DNA from: Actinomycetota bacterium
Lineage (GTDB): Bacteria > Actinomycetota > Thermoleophilia > Gaiellales > Gaiellaceae
Length of the DNA: 44,886 nt
Assembly (NCBI GenBank): GCA_013812265.1
Contig: JACCTQ010000121.1
Coordinates: 1 to 44,886 of the forward strand
Reading direction: 5' to 3'
A program made the translations under genes and the position numbers. Positions 6,999 to 16,309 of this stretch are shown here, piece after piece (within the stretch, counting starts at the first letter, position 1; each line of letters begins with the position of its first letter). The notes beneath the pieces were generated by a model. That model did no database searches. It saw only the letters and a program-made list of their open reading frames with translations, and was not told where the DNA came from.

Positions 6999-9900
6999 CT
7001 AACGATGCCCGAAATGGTGCGCGCTGGGCAACGCACCGCTGACTTCCGTGACGCCGGACACGCTTCGAGCGAGGGGGCCCAGAGTGGCGAGCTCGCGCAC
7101 GAGCACGTTCTGATTTCGGCCGACCCGCTCGACCTTCCCGTGCGCCAGGACCAGCGGCTCCCCCCGAATGATGGCGCGAAAGCGCTCGTAGACAGCGGGC
7201 GGAACGATCAGATTCACCTGCCCATGCTCGTCCTCCAGCAGCATGAAGACAACACCTTTCGCCGTTGCCGGTCGCTGGCGTGCGATGGCCATGCCCGCCA
7301 CGGCGACGCGGGCGCCCGGCGGACGGCGTGAGAGCTCCTTGCTCGAGATGACGTCGGGCGGAAGATGAGGGCGAAGGAGCTCGAGCGGGTGCGTACCAAT
7401 CGAGAGGTTCGTCTGCCTGTAATCGGCGAGCATTCGCTCCCACGTCGTCAGCTCGGGAAGCTCGGGAACCTCCGCGGTCGGCTCGAGCGGCAGGGCGAGC
7501 TGGCGCTCTGCGCCTCCCGAGCCCGGAACGCTGCGTGTCTCCGGGACGAGGCCAAGCTGCCACAGGAGTGACCGGCGCGGCTCGTTGAAGCAGTCGCAGG
7601 CGCCCGCAATCACGAGCGCCTCGAGCTCGCGACGATCGAGCGGCGCCCGCTGGGCCAGCTCGAGGACGCTGCGGAAGGGCCCGTTCAGATCACGCTCGGC
7701 GACCAGCGCTCCAGCGTCGTCGTCGCCGACCGAGTTGACGTGGGCGAGCCCGATCCGAACGGCGCCTTCCTCGATCGTGCACGCCGCGTCGCTCAGGTTC
7801 ACCTGCGGCGGCCGCACCTCCACTCCCCGTCGCTGCCCGTCGCGAACAAGGCTCGCCGGGGGATAGAAGCCCATCGGCTGCGCGTTCAGAAGCGCGCACA
7901 GAAACTCGGCGGGATAGTGATGCCGAACCCAGGCCGACTGGTAGGCGAGCAAACCGAATGCGGCCGCGTGGGACTTGGGGAAACCGAAGCCCGAGAACCC
8001 GACGAGCTTGTCGTAGACACGATTCGCAGTCTCTTCGTCGACCCCGTTTCGCGCCGCACCCTCGACGAAGCGGCCGCGATACGCCTCCAGCGCGTCGTGG
8101 CTGCGCTTGCGACTCATCGCCCGGCGGAGACCTTCCGCCTCGCCGACGGTGAAACCGGCGAGAGCCGTCGCGACGTCGAGCACCTGGTCCTGGAACACGA
8201 CCACGCCGAGCGTCGCCCGGAGCGGCTCTGCGAGGAGCGGGTGGTCCACCGGCGGAACGAAGCTCGGATCCTCGCGCATCCGCTGGCGGTTCTCGACGTA
8301 GGGGTGAACCGCCTTGCCCTGGATCGGCCCGGGTCGTACGAGAGCGACCTCGACCGTCAGGTCGTCGAGATTCTCCGGACGCGTCCGGAGCAGCATCTGC
8401 ATCTGGGCGCGGCTCTCGATCTGGAAAACGCCGACCGTGTCGGCCCGCTGGATCTCGTCGTAGACGGCCTGGTCGTCCAGCGGGATGCGCGAAAGATCGA
8501 GCGGCGTGTCGGCGGTCGCGCTGAGAGAGACGAGATCGACGCAGTCCTCGACTGCCGAGAGCATCCCGAGCCCGAGCAGGTCGATCTTCAGGAAGCCCGC
8601 ATCCGCGCAGGAGTCCTTGTCCCACTGGCAGAGCTGGCGGCCGGCCATCGCCGCCGGTTGGACGGGGACGAGCTCGACGAGCGGCCTGCTCGAGATCACC
8701 ATCCCACCCGGGTGCTGGGAGATGTGGCGAGGCAGGCCTGCGATGTCCGCACAGATCTGGGCGAACGCCTGCCAGCGCGGCGAAGACGCCTTTGCGAATG
8801 CATCCGGCAACGATGCGAGCTCCTCCCCCACCCGCTTCGCGTTCCAGCCGTCCGTGACACGGGCGAGCCGCTCGAGCTCGGCGTACGGCAGGCCGAGGGC
8901 CTTGCCCACGTCGCGAATGGCACCGCGCGAGCGATACGTCGCAAAACTGGCGACGAGCGAGGCGTGCTCGCGGCCGTAGCGATCGGTGACCGCGACGATC
9001 AGCTGCTCGCGGATGTCGCGCGGGAAATCGAGGTCGATGTCCGGCACCGAGTCGAGCTCGCGGTTCAGGAAGCGTCCGAGCGAGAGATCCGCCTGCACCG
9101 GATCGACGTGGGAAAGACCGGTCAGATAGCAGACGAGCGACCCGACCGAGCTGCCCCGGCCGCGGCCGGGAGGAAGCACGTGCCGCGGCGACCCGGGGCC
9201 GCGCACTTGGAGAGCGATCTCGCGTGCGAGCTCGAGCACCTCCCAGTGGAGCAGGAAGAAGCCGGAGAGGCCGAGATCGCGAATGAGAGCTAGCTCTTCG
9301 TCCAGGCGCTGCCGTGTCCGTCTCTTGTGGGGAAGCCGGGACGTCCCCCCAGCTCGAACGCCATACCCATAGCGGTCCTCGAACGCGCGCTCGCAAATGC
9401 GCGCCAGCTGGACGTCCGCGGGTTCGGCGCTGTCCGAGAAGTCCGGGTAGCGGTACCCGAGCTCCTCCGTCAGGTCGAATTGCAGCCGTTCCGCGAGCTC
9501 CGCCGTACGTGCTACCGCGCGGGCATCGTCCGGAAAGCGCTCGGCCATCTCCTCGGGTGCCAACAGGACGCTCTCATGATTGCCGCGCCGTTCGCGCTCA
9601 CAGCCGTCGAGCGAGGCGCGGTGCTTGATCGCAACGAGAACATCCTGGAGTACCGCACGCCGCGGGTGATGCGCATGGACATCCCCCGTGGCGACCGTGT
9701 CGACCCCGAGAGCCGACGCAAGGTCCCGGAGGGCCGCGTTTCGCCGGGCGTCCCCGCGCTCGTAGGGACGCTGTAGCTCGACGAAGAAACGATCGCGTCC
9801 GAAGGTACGGGCGACGCGCGCGGCCACATTCGGGTCGCGGACACCGAGGCCATCGCGCGCGCAACCGGACAGGCAAACAAGCCCGTCGCTCAACTCGAGT

Positions 9901-10256
9901 AGCTGTTCGAGATCGAGCGAGGATGGGCGCGGCGCTTCAGATTCGCGCCCGGGCGGCCTCGTATGCGCGTGCGCCGCCGTGAGCAGGCGGCAGAGATTCG
10001 CGTAACCCCGCGCCGTCTCCACGAGCAGCGTCACATGGCTCCCACCCCCTAGGGTGACCTCAGCGCCGGTAATCGGGCGCACACAGAAGGCCCTCGCGGC
10101 ATGCGCGAACTCGAGCGATCCGTACACACCGTCGTGATCCGTCAGCGCGAGAGCGTCGTATCCGAGCTCGGCGGCCCGCACTGCGAGCTCCTCTGGCTGA
10201 GACGCACCGTCGAGGAACGAGTAAGCCGAGTGGCAGTGAAGCTCGACGTACTTCAA
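6999..10256 (-). CDS. dnaE2: Error-prone DNA polymerase III alpha-subunit paralogue DnaE2 (ImuC)
   Basis: 1085 aa, the size typical of DnaE2. PHP N-terminus (L)KYVELHCHSAYSFLDGASQPEEL...LTDHDGVYG. Lies downstream of an imuB-like gene. TTG start at 10256 with AGGAAAA upstream. Confidence 0.93.
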   Translation of the reverse strand: MKYVELHCHSAYSFLDGASQPEELAVRAAELGYDALALTDHDGVYGSLEFAHAARAFCVRPITGAEVTLGGGSHVTLLVETARGYANLCRLLTAAHAHTRPPGRESEAPRPSSLDLEQLLELSDGLVCLSGCARDGLGVRDPNVAARVARTFGRDRFFVELQRPYERGDARRNAALRDLASALGVDTVATGDVHAHHPRRAVLQDVLVAIKHRASLDGCERERRGNHESVLLAPEEMAERFPDDARAVARTAELAERLQFDLTEELGYRYPDFSDSAEPADVQLARICERAFEDRYGYGVRAGGTSRLPHKRRTRQRLDEELALIRDLGLSGFFLLHWEVLELAREIALQVRGPGSPRHVLPPGRGRGSSVGSLVCYLTGLSHVDPVQADLSLGRFLNRELDSVPDIDLDFPRDIREQLIVAVTDRYGREHASLVASFATYRSRGAIRDVGKALGLPYAELERLARVTDGWNAKRVGEELASLPDAFAKASSPRWQAFAQICADIAGLPRHISQHPGGMVISSRPLVELVPVQPAAMAGRQLCQWDKDSCADAGFLKIDLLGLGMLSAVEDCVDLVSLSATADTPLDLSRIPLDDQAVYDEIQRADTVGVFQIESRAQMQMLLRTRPENLDDLTVEVALVRPGPIQGKAVHPYVENRQRMREDPSFVPPVDHPLLAEPLRATLGVVVFQDQVLDVATALAGFTVGEAEGLRRAMSRKRSHDALEAYRGRFVEGAARNGVDEETANRVYDKLVGFSGFGFPKSHAAAFGLLAYQSAWVRHHYPAEFLCALLNAQPMGFYPPASLVRDGQRRGVEVRPPQVNLSDAACTIEEGAVRIGLAHVNSVGDDDAGALVAERDLNGPFRSVLELAQRAPLDRRELEALVIAGACDCFNEPRRSLLWQLGLVPETRSVPGSGGAERQLALPLEPTAEVPELPELTTWERMLADYRQTNLSIGTHPLELLRPHLPPDVISSKELSRRPPGARVAVAGMAIARQRPATAKGVVFMLLEDEHGQVNLIVPPAVYERFRAIIRGEPLVLAHGKVERVGRNQNVLVRELATLGPLARSVSGVTEVSGALPSAHHFGHR

Positions 10257-10370
10257 CCGGTTTTCCTAACCTCGCAACCTCGCAAGACGATCACGGAACT
10301 CGCAGGGTTGTTAAAGCCGCGGAGGCGGGCTTTGCCCGTCTTCGCCCACAGACGCGCAAACGAAATTCTC

Positions 10371-10405
10371 CGCCTAAAATTGAGCGCGGAGCGCGATTTT
10401 AGGCG
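10371..10405. repeat. AT-rich inverted repeat spanning the stop codon of the ImuB C-terminal ORF
   Basis: CGCCTAAAAT (10371..10380), a 15-nt loop, then ATTTTAGGCG (10396..10405). The loop GCGC-tcc-GCGC is itself self-complementary on the minus strand. The TAA stop at 10399..10401 lies in the right arm. Confidence 0.7.
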
Positions 10406-10662
10406 GATTGCGTGAACCATCCCCCCCGCTCCTCGTTCCGGAAGACGACGATGTTCTGCCCGCTCTCGAGCACGACGTCGAAGTACCGGCGGTTGACGGG
10501 AGCCTCCGTCCACCAACGGTCGACCACCCGCCACTCCTCGCGCACGACGGCCACCGGCTGGCGATTCACCTGCCGCGGTGCCCCGTCGAAGCTCGACTCG
10601 ACGAGCGCTGGTCTCGGCTCGTTCAGAACCCGTTTCAGGATGACGCTACCCCGACGGCACAA
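10399..10662 (-). CDS. ImuB C-terminal-module protein (possibly DUF6504-like), in frame with imuB
   Basis: ...PVAVVREEWRVVDRWWTEAPVNRRYFDVVLESGQNIVVFRNEERGGWF matches the WW...R-x-YF...G-W tail of full-length ImuB proteins. Same reading frame as 10726..11910 (offset 327 nt). The only candidate starts are TTG 10662 and internal GTGs. Confidence 0.7.
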   Translation of the reverse strand: MCRRGSVILKRVLNEPRPALVESSFDGAPRQVNRQPVAVVREEWRVVDRWWTEAPVNRRYFDVVLESGQNIVVFRNEERGGWFTQSA

Positions 10663-10709
10663 GGCTTCGTTTTGAGACGGGTTCCCCCTAACCGTTTCAG
10701 AATGACGCT
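10630..10709. repeat. Imperfect 18-nt direct repeat (2 copies, 62-nt period) in the imuB linker
   Basis: CCGTTTCAGGATGACGCT (10630..10647) and CCGTTTCAGAATGACGCT (10692..10709). The flanks GTTCAGAACC and GTTCCCCCTAACC are also similar. Confidence 0.75.
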
Positions 10710-10725
10710 TCGTCGTCGGGGTGCG

Positions 10726-11910
10726 CTAGTCGTCCCGGGGAACGAGAATCGCCCGCGCTTCGGGAATCCGTGACCACGGCGCTACTTCGACGACGGTTGC
10801 GACAGACCCCGATCCGGTGCTCGCACGCACCTGGCGAAGGCTGTCCCTGAGGCGAACATCCAGCTCGTTCCCAGCCGGCTGGACGAGCTCGAGCTGCTGC
10901 CCATTCGACTCGGTCAGCTCGACGAGCTCGAGCCGAAGCTCTACGACAGGTGCAGGCAGCTCGGCGAGCTTGGGCGCGAGCGCAGCCTTTAGTCGATCGC
11001 GCTCGACTGTCGGGTCGCGCAGCGTCACGGTACGCCGCCACGAGCCACCGGCGGCGAGGCGGGCTGAAACGGCCAGCTTCCGCGCGAAGCGGTTCTCTCG
11101 CTCAGGCCGGGCGAGCAGCCGCTCGAGCAGCACGGTAAAAGCGCGACGGAGCGTCAGCTCGTTCGCCACCGCCTCCGGGAACTCGAGCGCCTCCACGATC
11201 TCCGCCGGCAGGCGGCGGCCGTTGATCCGTCGGCGTGTCCCTCCATGCGCAGAACTCCACGCCTGTCGCCCGTCCCGTCCAAGGCGTTCGGCGACAGCTG
11301 CGGCCGGCAGCTCTGCAAGTTCGCCCACCTTGCGAATTCCGAAATTCTCGAGCTCGGCCCGACGAGCCGATTGGAGCGGAAGCAGCGTCAGTGGAAGAGG
11401 CGCCAGGAAGTCACGGGTGCGCTCGTCGGCGACGACGAGAGCCTGCCCGGGGCGCGCGACGCTCGCCGCCGCAAGAGCGGCGAACCGGCGCCCGGCAGCG
11501 CCCGCGCGCGGATCCCAGGCAGAGCCGACGGCAGTCAGCGCGCGCTCGAGTGCGCGCTCGAGACCGCCGTAAAGGCGCTCGATCCCTCGCGTCTCGAAGT
11601 ACAGACAGCCAGGCTCCTCCGGCTCCACTGTGAAGCCGGAGTCCTCGAGTCGCCGCAGGATCTCTTCCCATGCTTGCTCGGTAGCGGCCGGGTCCTGCTC
11701 GACGAGCACGAGCGATGGACATGTTGCAAGCGCCTCACCGAGGCGCATGCCCGGGCGTACTCCCGCTGTCTCCGCAGCCGCGGTGACCGGGCCGAGCAGC
11801 GGCTCGGTGCCTTCGCGCGGTGCGAGCGCTGCCGGCTCGAGCTCGAGGCTCGGCCGGGAACGAAGTGCCGCACGCAGCTCGAAACCGGGAATCAGCAAGC
11901 AGGCGATCAT
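10726..11910 (-). CDS. imuB: ImuB (Y-family polymerase-like, non-catalytic) body, ending at an in-frame TAG
   Basis: MIACLLIPGFELRAALRSRP... is an ImuB-type N-terminus with no DinB-like catalytic acidic start. Sits upstream of dnaE2, with SOS boxes directly upstream. I use ATG 11910 because the track start at 11949 would run through the LexA boxes. Confidence 0.85.
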   Translation of the reverse strand: MIACLLIPGFELRAALRSRPSLELEPAALAPREGTEPLLGPVTAAAETAGVRPGMRLGEALATCPSLVLVEQDPAATEQAWEEILRRLEDSGFTVEPEEPGCLYFETRGIERLYGGLERALERALTAVGSAWDPRAGAAGRRFAALAAASVARPGQALVVADERTRDFLAPLPLTLLPLQSARRAELENFGIRKVGELAELPAAAVAERLGRDGRQAWSSAHGGTRRRINGRRLPAEIVEALEFPEAVANELTLRRAFTVLLERLLARPERENRFARKLAVSARLAAGGSWRRTVTLRDPTVERDRLKAALAPKLAELPAPVVELRLELVELTESNGQQLELVQPAGNELDVRLRDSLRQVRASTGSGSVATVVEVAPWSRIPEARAILVPRDD

Positions 11911-11911
11911 A

Positions 11912-11925
11912 CGAACGTATGTTCT
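11912..11925. promoter_or_regulatory. LexA (SOS/Cheo) box, proximal
   Basis: CGAACGTATGTTCT has one mismatch to CGAAC-N4-GTTCG. It ends 1 nt from the imuB ATG. Confidence 0.75.
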
Positions 11926-11949
11926 ACACGAACGTATGTTCGCCGTCAA
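11921..11949 (-). promoter_or_regulatory. Candidate SOS promoter giving a (near-)leaderless imuB mRNA
   Basis: The minus strand reads TTGACG (11949..11944), a 17-nt spacer, TAGAAC (11926..11921), then 10 nt to the ATG. Both hexamers overlap the LexA boxes. The -10 lacks the final T, so this call is weak. Confidence 0.35.
11929..11942. promoter_or_regulatory. LexA (SOS/Cheo) box, distal
   Basis: CGAACGTATGTTCG is a perfect CGAAC-N4-GTTCG palindrome. It is part of a 17-nt tandem duplication, ACGAACGTATGTTC(TAC). Confidence 0.8.
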
Positions 11950-11979
11950 GTCAGCTCACCAGAGAGGCGGTACGCCGCC

Positions 11980-12020
11980 CCGCCTGGGCCGGCTCCGCCG
12001 GCCCAGGCGGAATGGTTTTT
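11980..12020 (+). terminator. Terminator-like hairpin in plus orientation
   Basis: Perfect 14-bp stem CCGCCTGGGCCGGC-tcc-GCCGGCCCAGGCGG (11980..12010), then AATGGTTTTT. No plus-strand gene is evident upstream of it. Confidence 0.4.
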
Positions 12021-12079
12021 GGGCGGCGCGAAGCAAGACCACACCGGCCCCGAGCCAAGAGGGGCCGAAGGCGCCCTCC

Positions 12080-12122
12080 AAAAAAGGCGAACGGCGGCCG
12101 TCTGCGGTACGGCCGCCGTTCG
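12080..12122 (-). terminator. Intrinsic terminator downstream of the comB-like remnant
   Basis: Perfect 14-bp stem CGAACGGCGGCCGT-7 nt-ACGGCCGCCGTTCG (12088..12122). The minus strand then reads CCTTTTTTGG (A6 at 12080..12085 on the plus strand). Confidence 0.6.
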
Positions 12123-12223
12123 TGTCGTATCTGCCGGATCCAGATTTTCCCCGTGCGACCCGGCTTTCCTGCGTTGGACCAGTCGCAGGCCAGTTTGGGC
12201 CAAAGCGGTACGCCCCGCGTCCC

Positions 12224-12700
12224 CTATCCGTCCGCGAGTCCGATCTCGGCCGCTCTCCCCGTCATGCCGACAAACCGAGGAACCACATCCAGCACGTTTT
12301 CGCGGGCGGCACCAGGCGATGTCTTCCTCGAGGTCGGGCGGCCCGTATGCTCGCGCATTCAAGCCCGTCAGCAGGGCTGGCGAACGACTGCGAGATAAGC
12401 CGGGCGGCAAGCGCAGCATCGGTGCGGTCGCCCTCGAGCAGCTCCACGATGCGACCGGCGCAGTAGGCGTCGTCGAGGGCGAACGCCTGCTGAAAGCCCG
12501 CGCAAAGGACGACGACGTCCTCGCCGGTCTCGCGGACCGCCCAGCAGACCGCAGCGAGGTTGAGGAGACTGCCGAGAAACCCTTCCGTAGCCGCTGGCGA
12601 GCGCCTGTGCGATCGTCGAGGTCGCGCGGAGCACGTCGATGACCACGCACACCGGCGCGGTGATCGCCTCCGCAGGCGAAAACGCGACGTGGATCCGCAT
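12224..12700 (-). pseudogene. 2-phosphosulfolactate phosphatase (ComB)-family gene remnant with multiple frameshifts and an internal deletion
   Basis: Recognisable ComB pieces lie in three frames. MRIHVAFSPAEAITAPVCVVIDVLRATSTIAQALASGY runs from 12700 to about 12590. GFLGSLLNLAAVCWAVRETGEDVVVLCAGFQQAFALDDAYCAGRIVELLEGDRTDAALAARLISQSFASP runs from about 12585 to about 12376. ALLTGLNARAYGPPDLEEDIAW runs from about 12375 to about 12313. AARENVLDVVPRFVGMTGRAAEIGLADG* runs from about 12312 to 12224. Confidence 0.7.
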
Positions 12701-12720
12701 GAGGTCACTACGCTACTCGG

Positions 12721-13593
12721 GTGGCCATGACCTGTTACAGACATCCGAACCGCGAGACAGGTGTCTCATGCTCCGAGTGCGGTCGCGGAATCTGCCCTGA
12801 CTGCATGATTTTTGCCCCGGTAGGCATCCGGTGCCCCGACCATTCGGGACGGCCGCAGGGAGCGGCGCGTGTAACCGGCTCGGTCAAGCGCGCGAGCTTC
12901 GAGGGGACGGGCGCGCTCGTCACGAAGGCGCTCATCGCCCTGAACGTCCTCGTCTTCCTCGCGAACCTCGCGCAGGGCGCCTCGCTAGGTCGCAACGACG
13001 GTTCCCTTTTTCGCGACGGGGCTCTTCTGGGCCAGGCATCCTTCGACGGTGTGAGTTTGGTGGGCGTGGCCGAGGGCGAGTGGTGGCGGCTCATCACATC
13101 CGCGTTCTTGCACGGCGGCATCATCCATCTGGGCATGAACATGCTGATGCTCTGGTGGATCGGTGCGCCGATGGAGCAGGCGATAGGTCGTGGGCGATTT
13201 CTCGCTCTTTACCTCGTTTCCGGGCTTGCCGGTTCCGCTGGCGCGCTTCTCTTCACGGATCCCAGAGTCCCGACCGTCGGTGCTTCGGGCGCCATTTTCG
13301 GGATTCTCGGCGCGGCTCTTGTCTTCGAGCGACAGCGGAACTACATCCTTGGCGGCAGCGCTCTCTCCATCATCGTGCTCAACCTCGTGCTGACATTCGC
13401 ATTGCCGAACATTTCCGTGGGAGGACACATCGGCGGCCTTATAGGCGGTGCCTTAGCCGCTCTGGCGCTATCCCGCTTCGGCCGCGGTCACGCCGCTTAC
13501 GGGCGCCCGGGTCTCGTCGGAACCGCTGGACTCGTCCTGATCGGCATCGTGAGCGTCGCCGTGTCGTACTGGAAGACTCGCGGGTACGTCTGA
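12721..13593 (+). CDS. Rhomboid-family intramembrane serine protease with an N-terminal zinc-ribbon
   Basis: CYRHPNRETGVSCSECGRGICPDCM...RCPDH (Cys4-type ribbon), ...WWRLITSAFLHGGIIHLGMNML..., and GASGAIFG (catalytic Ser). The start is GTG 12721 or ATG 12727. Confidence 0.9.
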   Translation: MAMTCYRHPNRETGVSCSECGRGICPDCMIFAPVGIRCPDHSGRPQGAARVTGSVKRASFEGTGALVTKALIALNVLVFLANLAQGASLGRNDGSLFRDGALLGQASFDGVSLVGVAEGEWWRLITSAFLHGGIIHLGMNMLMLWWIGAPMEQAIGRGRFLALYLVSGLAGSAGALLFTDPRVPTVGASGAIFGILGAALVFERQRNYILGGSALSIIVLNLVLTFALPNISVGGHIGGLIGGALAALALSRFGRGHAAYGRPGLVGTAGLVLIGIVSVAVSYWKTRGYV

Positions 13594-13615
13594 CCCCCGT
13601 CCGGCGGAACGGACC

Positions 13616-16222
<2,607 letters not shown>

Positions 16223-16309
16223 ACGCGGGGAATCTTCCCACCCCGGCGTACACGACACATCGGAAACCCGTTCGACGGGGTCCTTTGCGAGCGGTGCAAG
16301 ACGGGCGGT

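Noticed and set aside
7690-9396. Long ORFs inside and antisense to dnaE2 (7690..9396 minus, 568 aa; 7740..9293 plus, 517 aa)
   Set aside because: They have Arg/Pro/Gly/Ala-dominated low-complexity translations with no motifs, and they overlap a well-supported 1085-aa gene. These are typical frame shadows in GC-rich DNA.
10253-10534. 93-aa ORF whose TGA overlaps the dnaE2 TTG start (GGTTGAAG), considered as a coupling uORF
   Set aside because: Its upstream half overlaps the ImuB C-terminal ORF in another frame. Within the spacer, the only start is a GTG that would give a 13-aa peptide with no RBS, which is not supportable.
10726-10728. The in-frame TAG in imuB considered as pyrrolysine or other programmed recoding
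   Set aside because: There are no pyl genes or PYLIS-like context in the window, and this decoding would be without precedent in this kind of genome. A nonsense mutation, a natural split or an assembly error are far more likely.
11946-12650. 234-aa minus-strand ORF upstream of imuB, considered as a candidate imuA/imuA'
   Set aside because: It has no RecA-like Walker motifs and is Arg/Ser/Pro-rich. It runs through the terminator hairpins, and part of it is simply one frame of the decayed comB-like gene.
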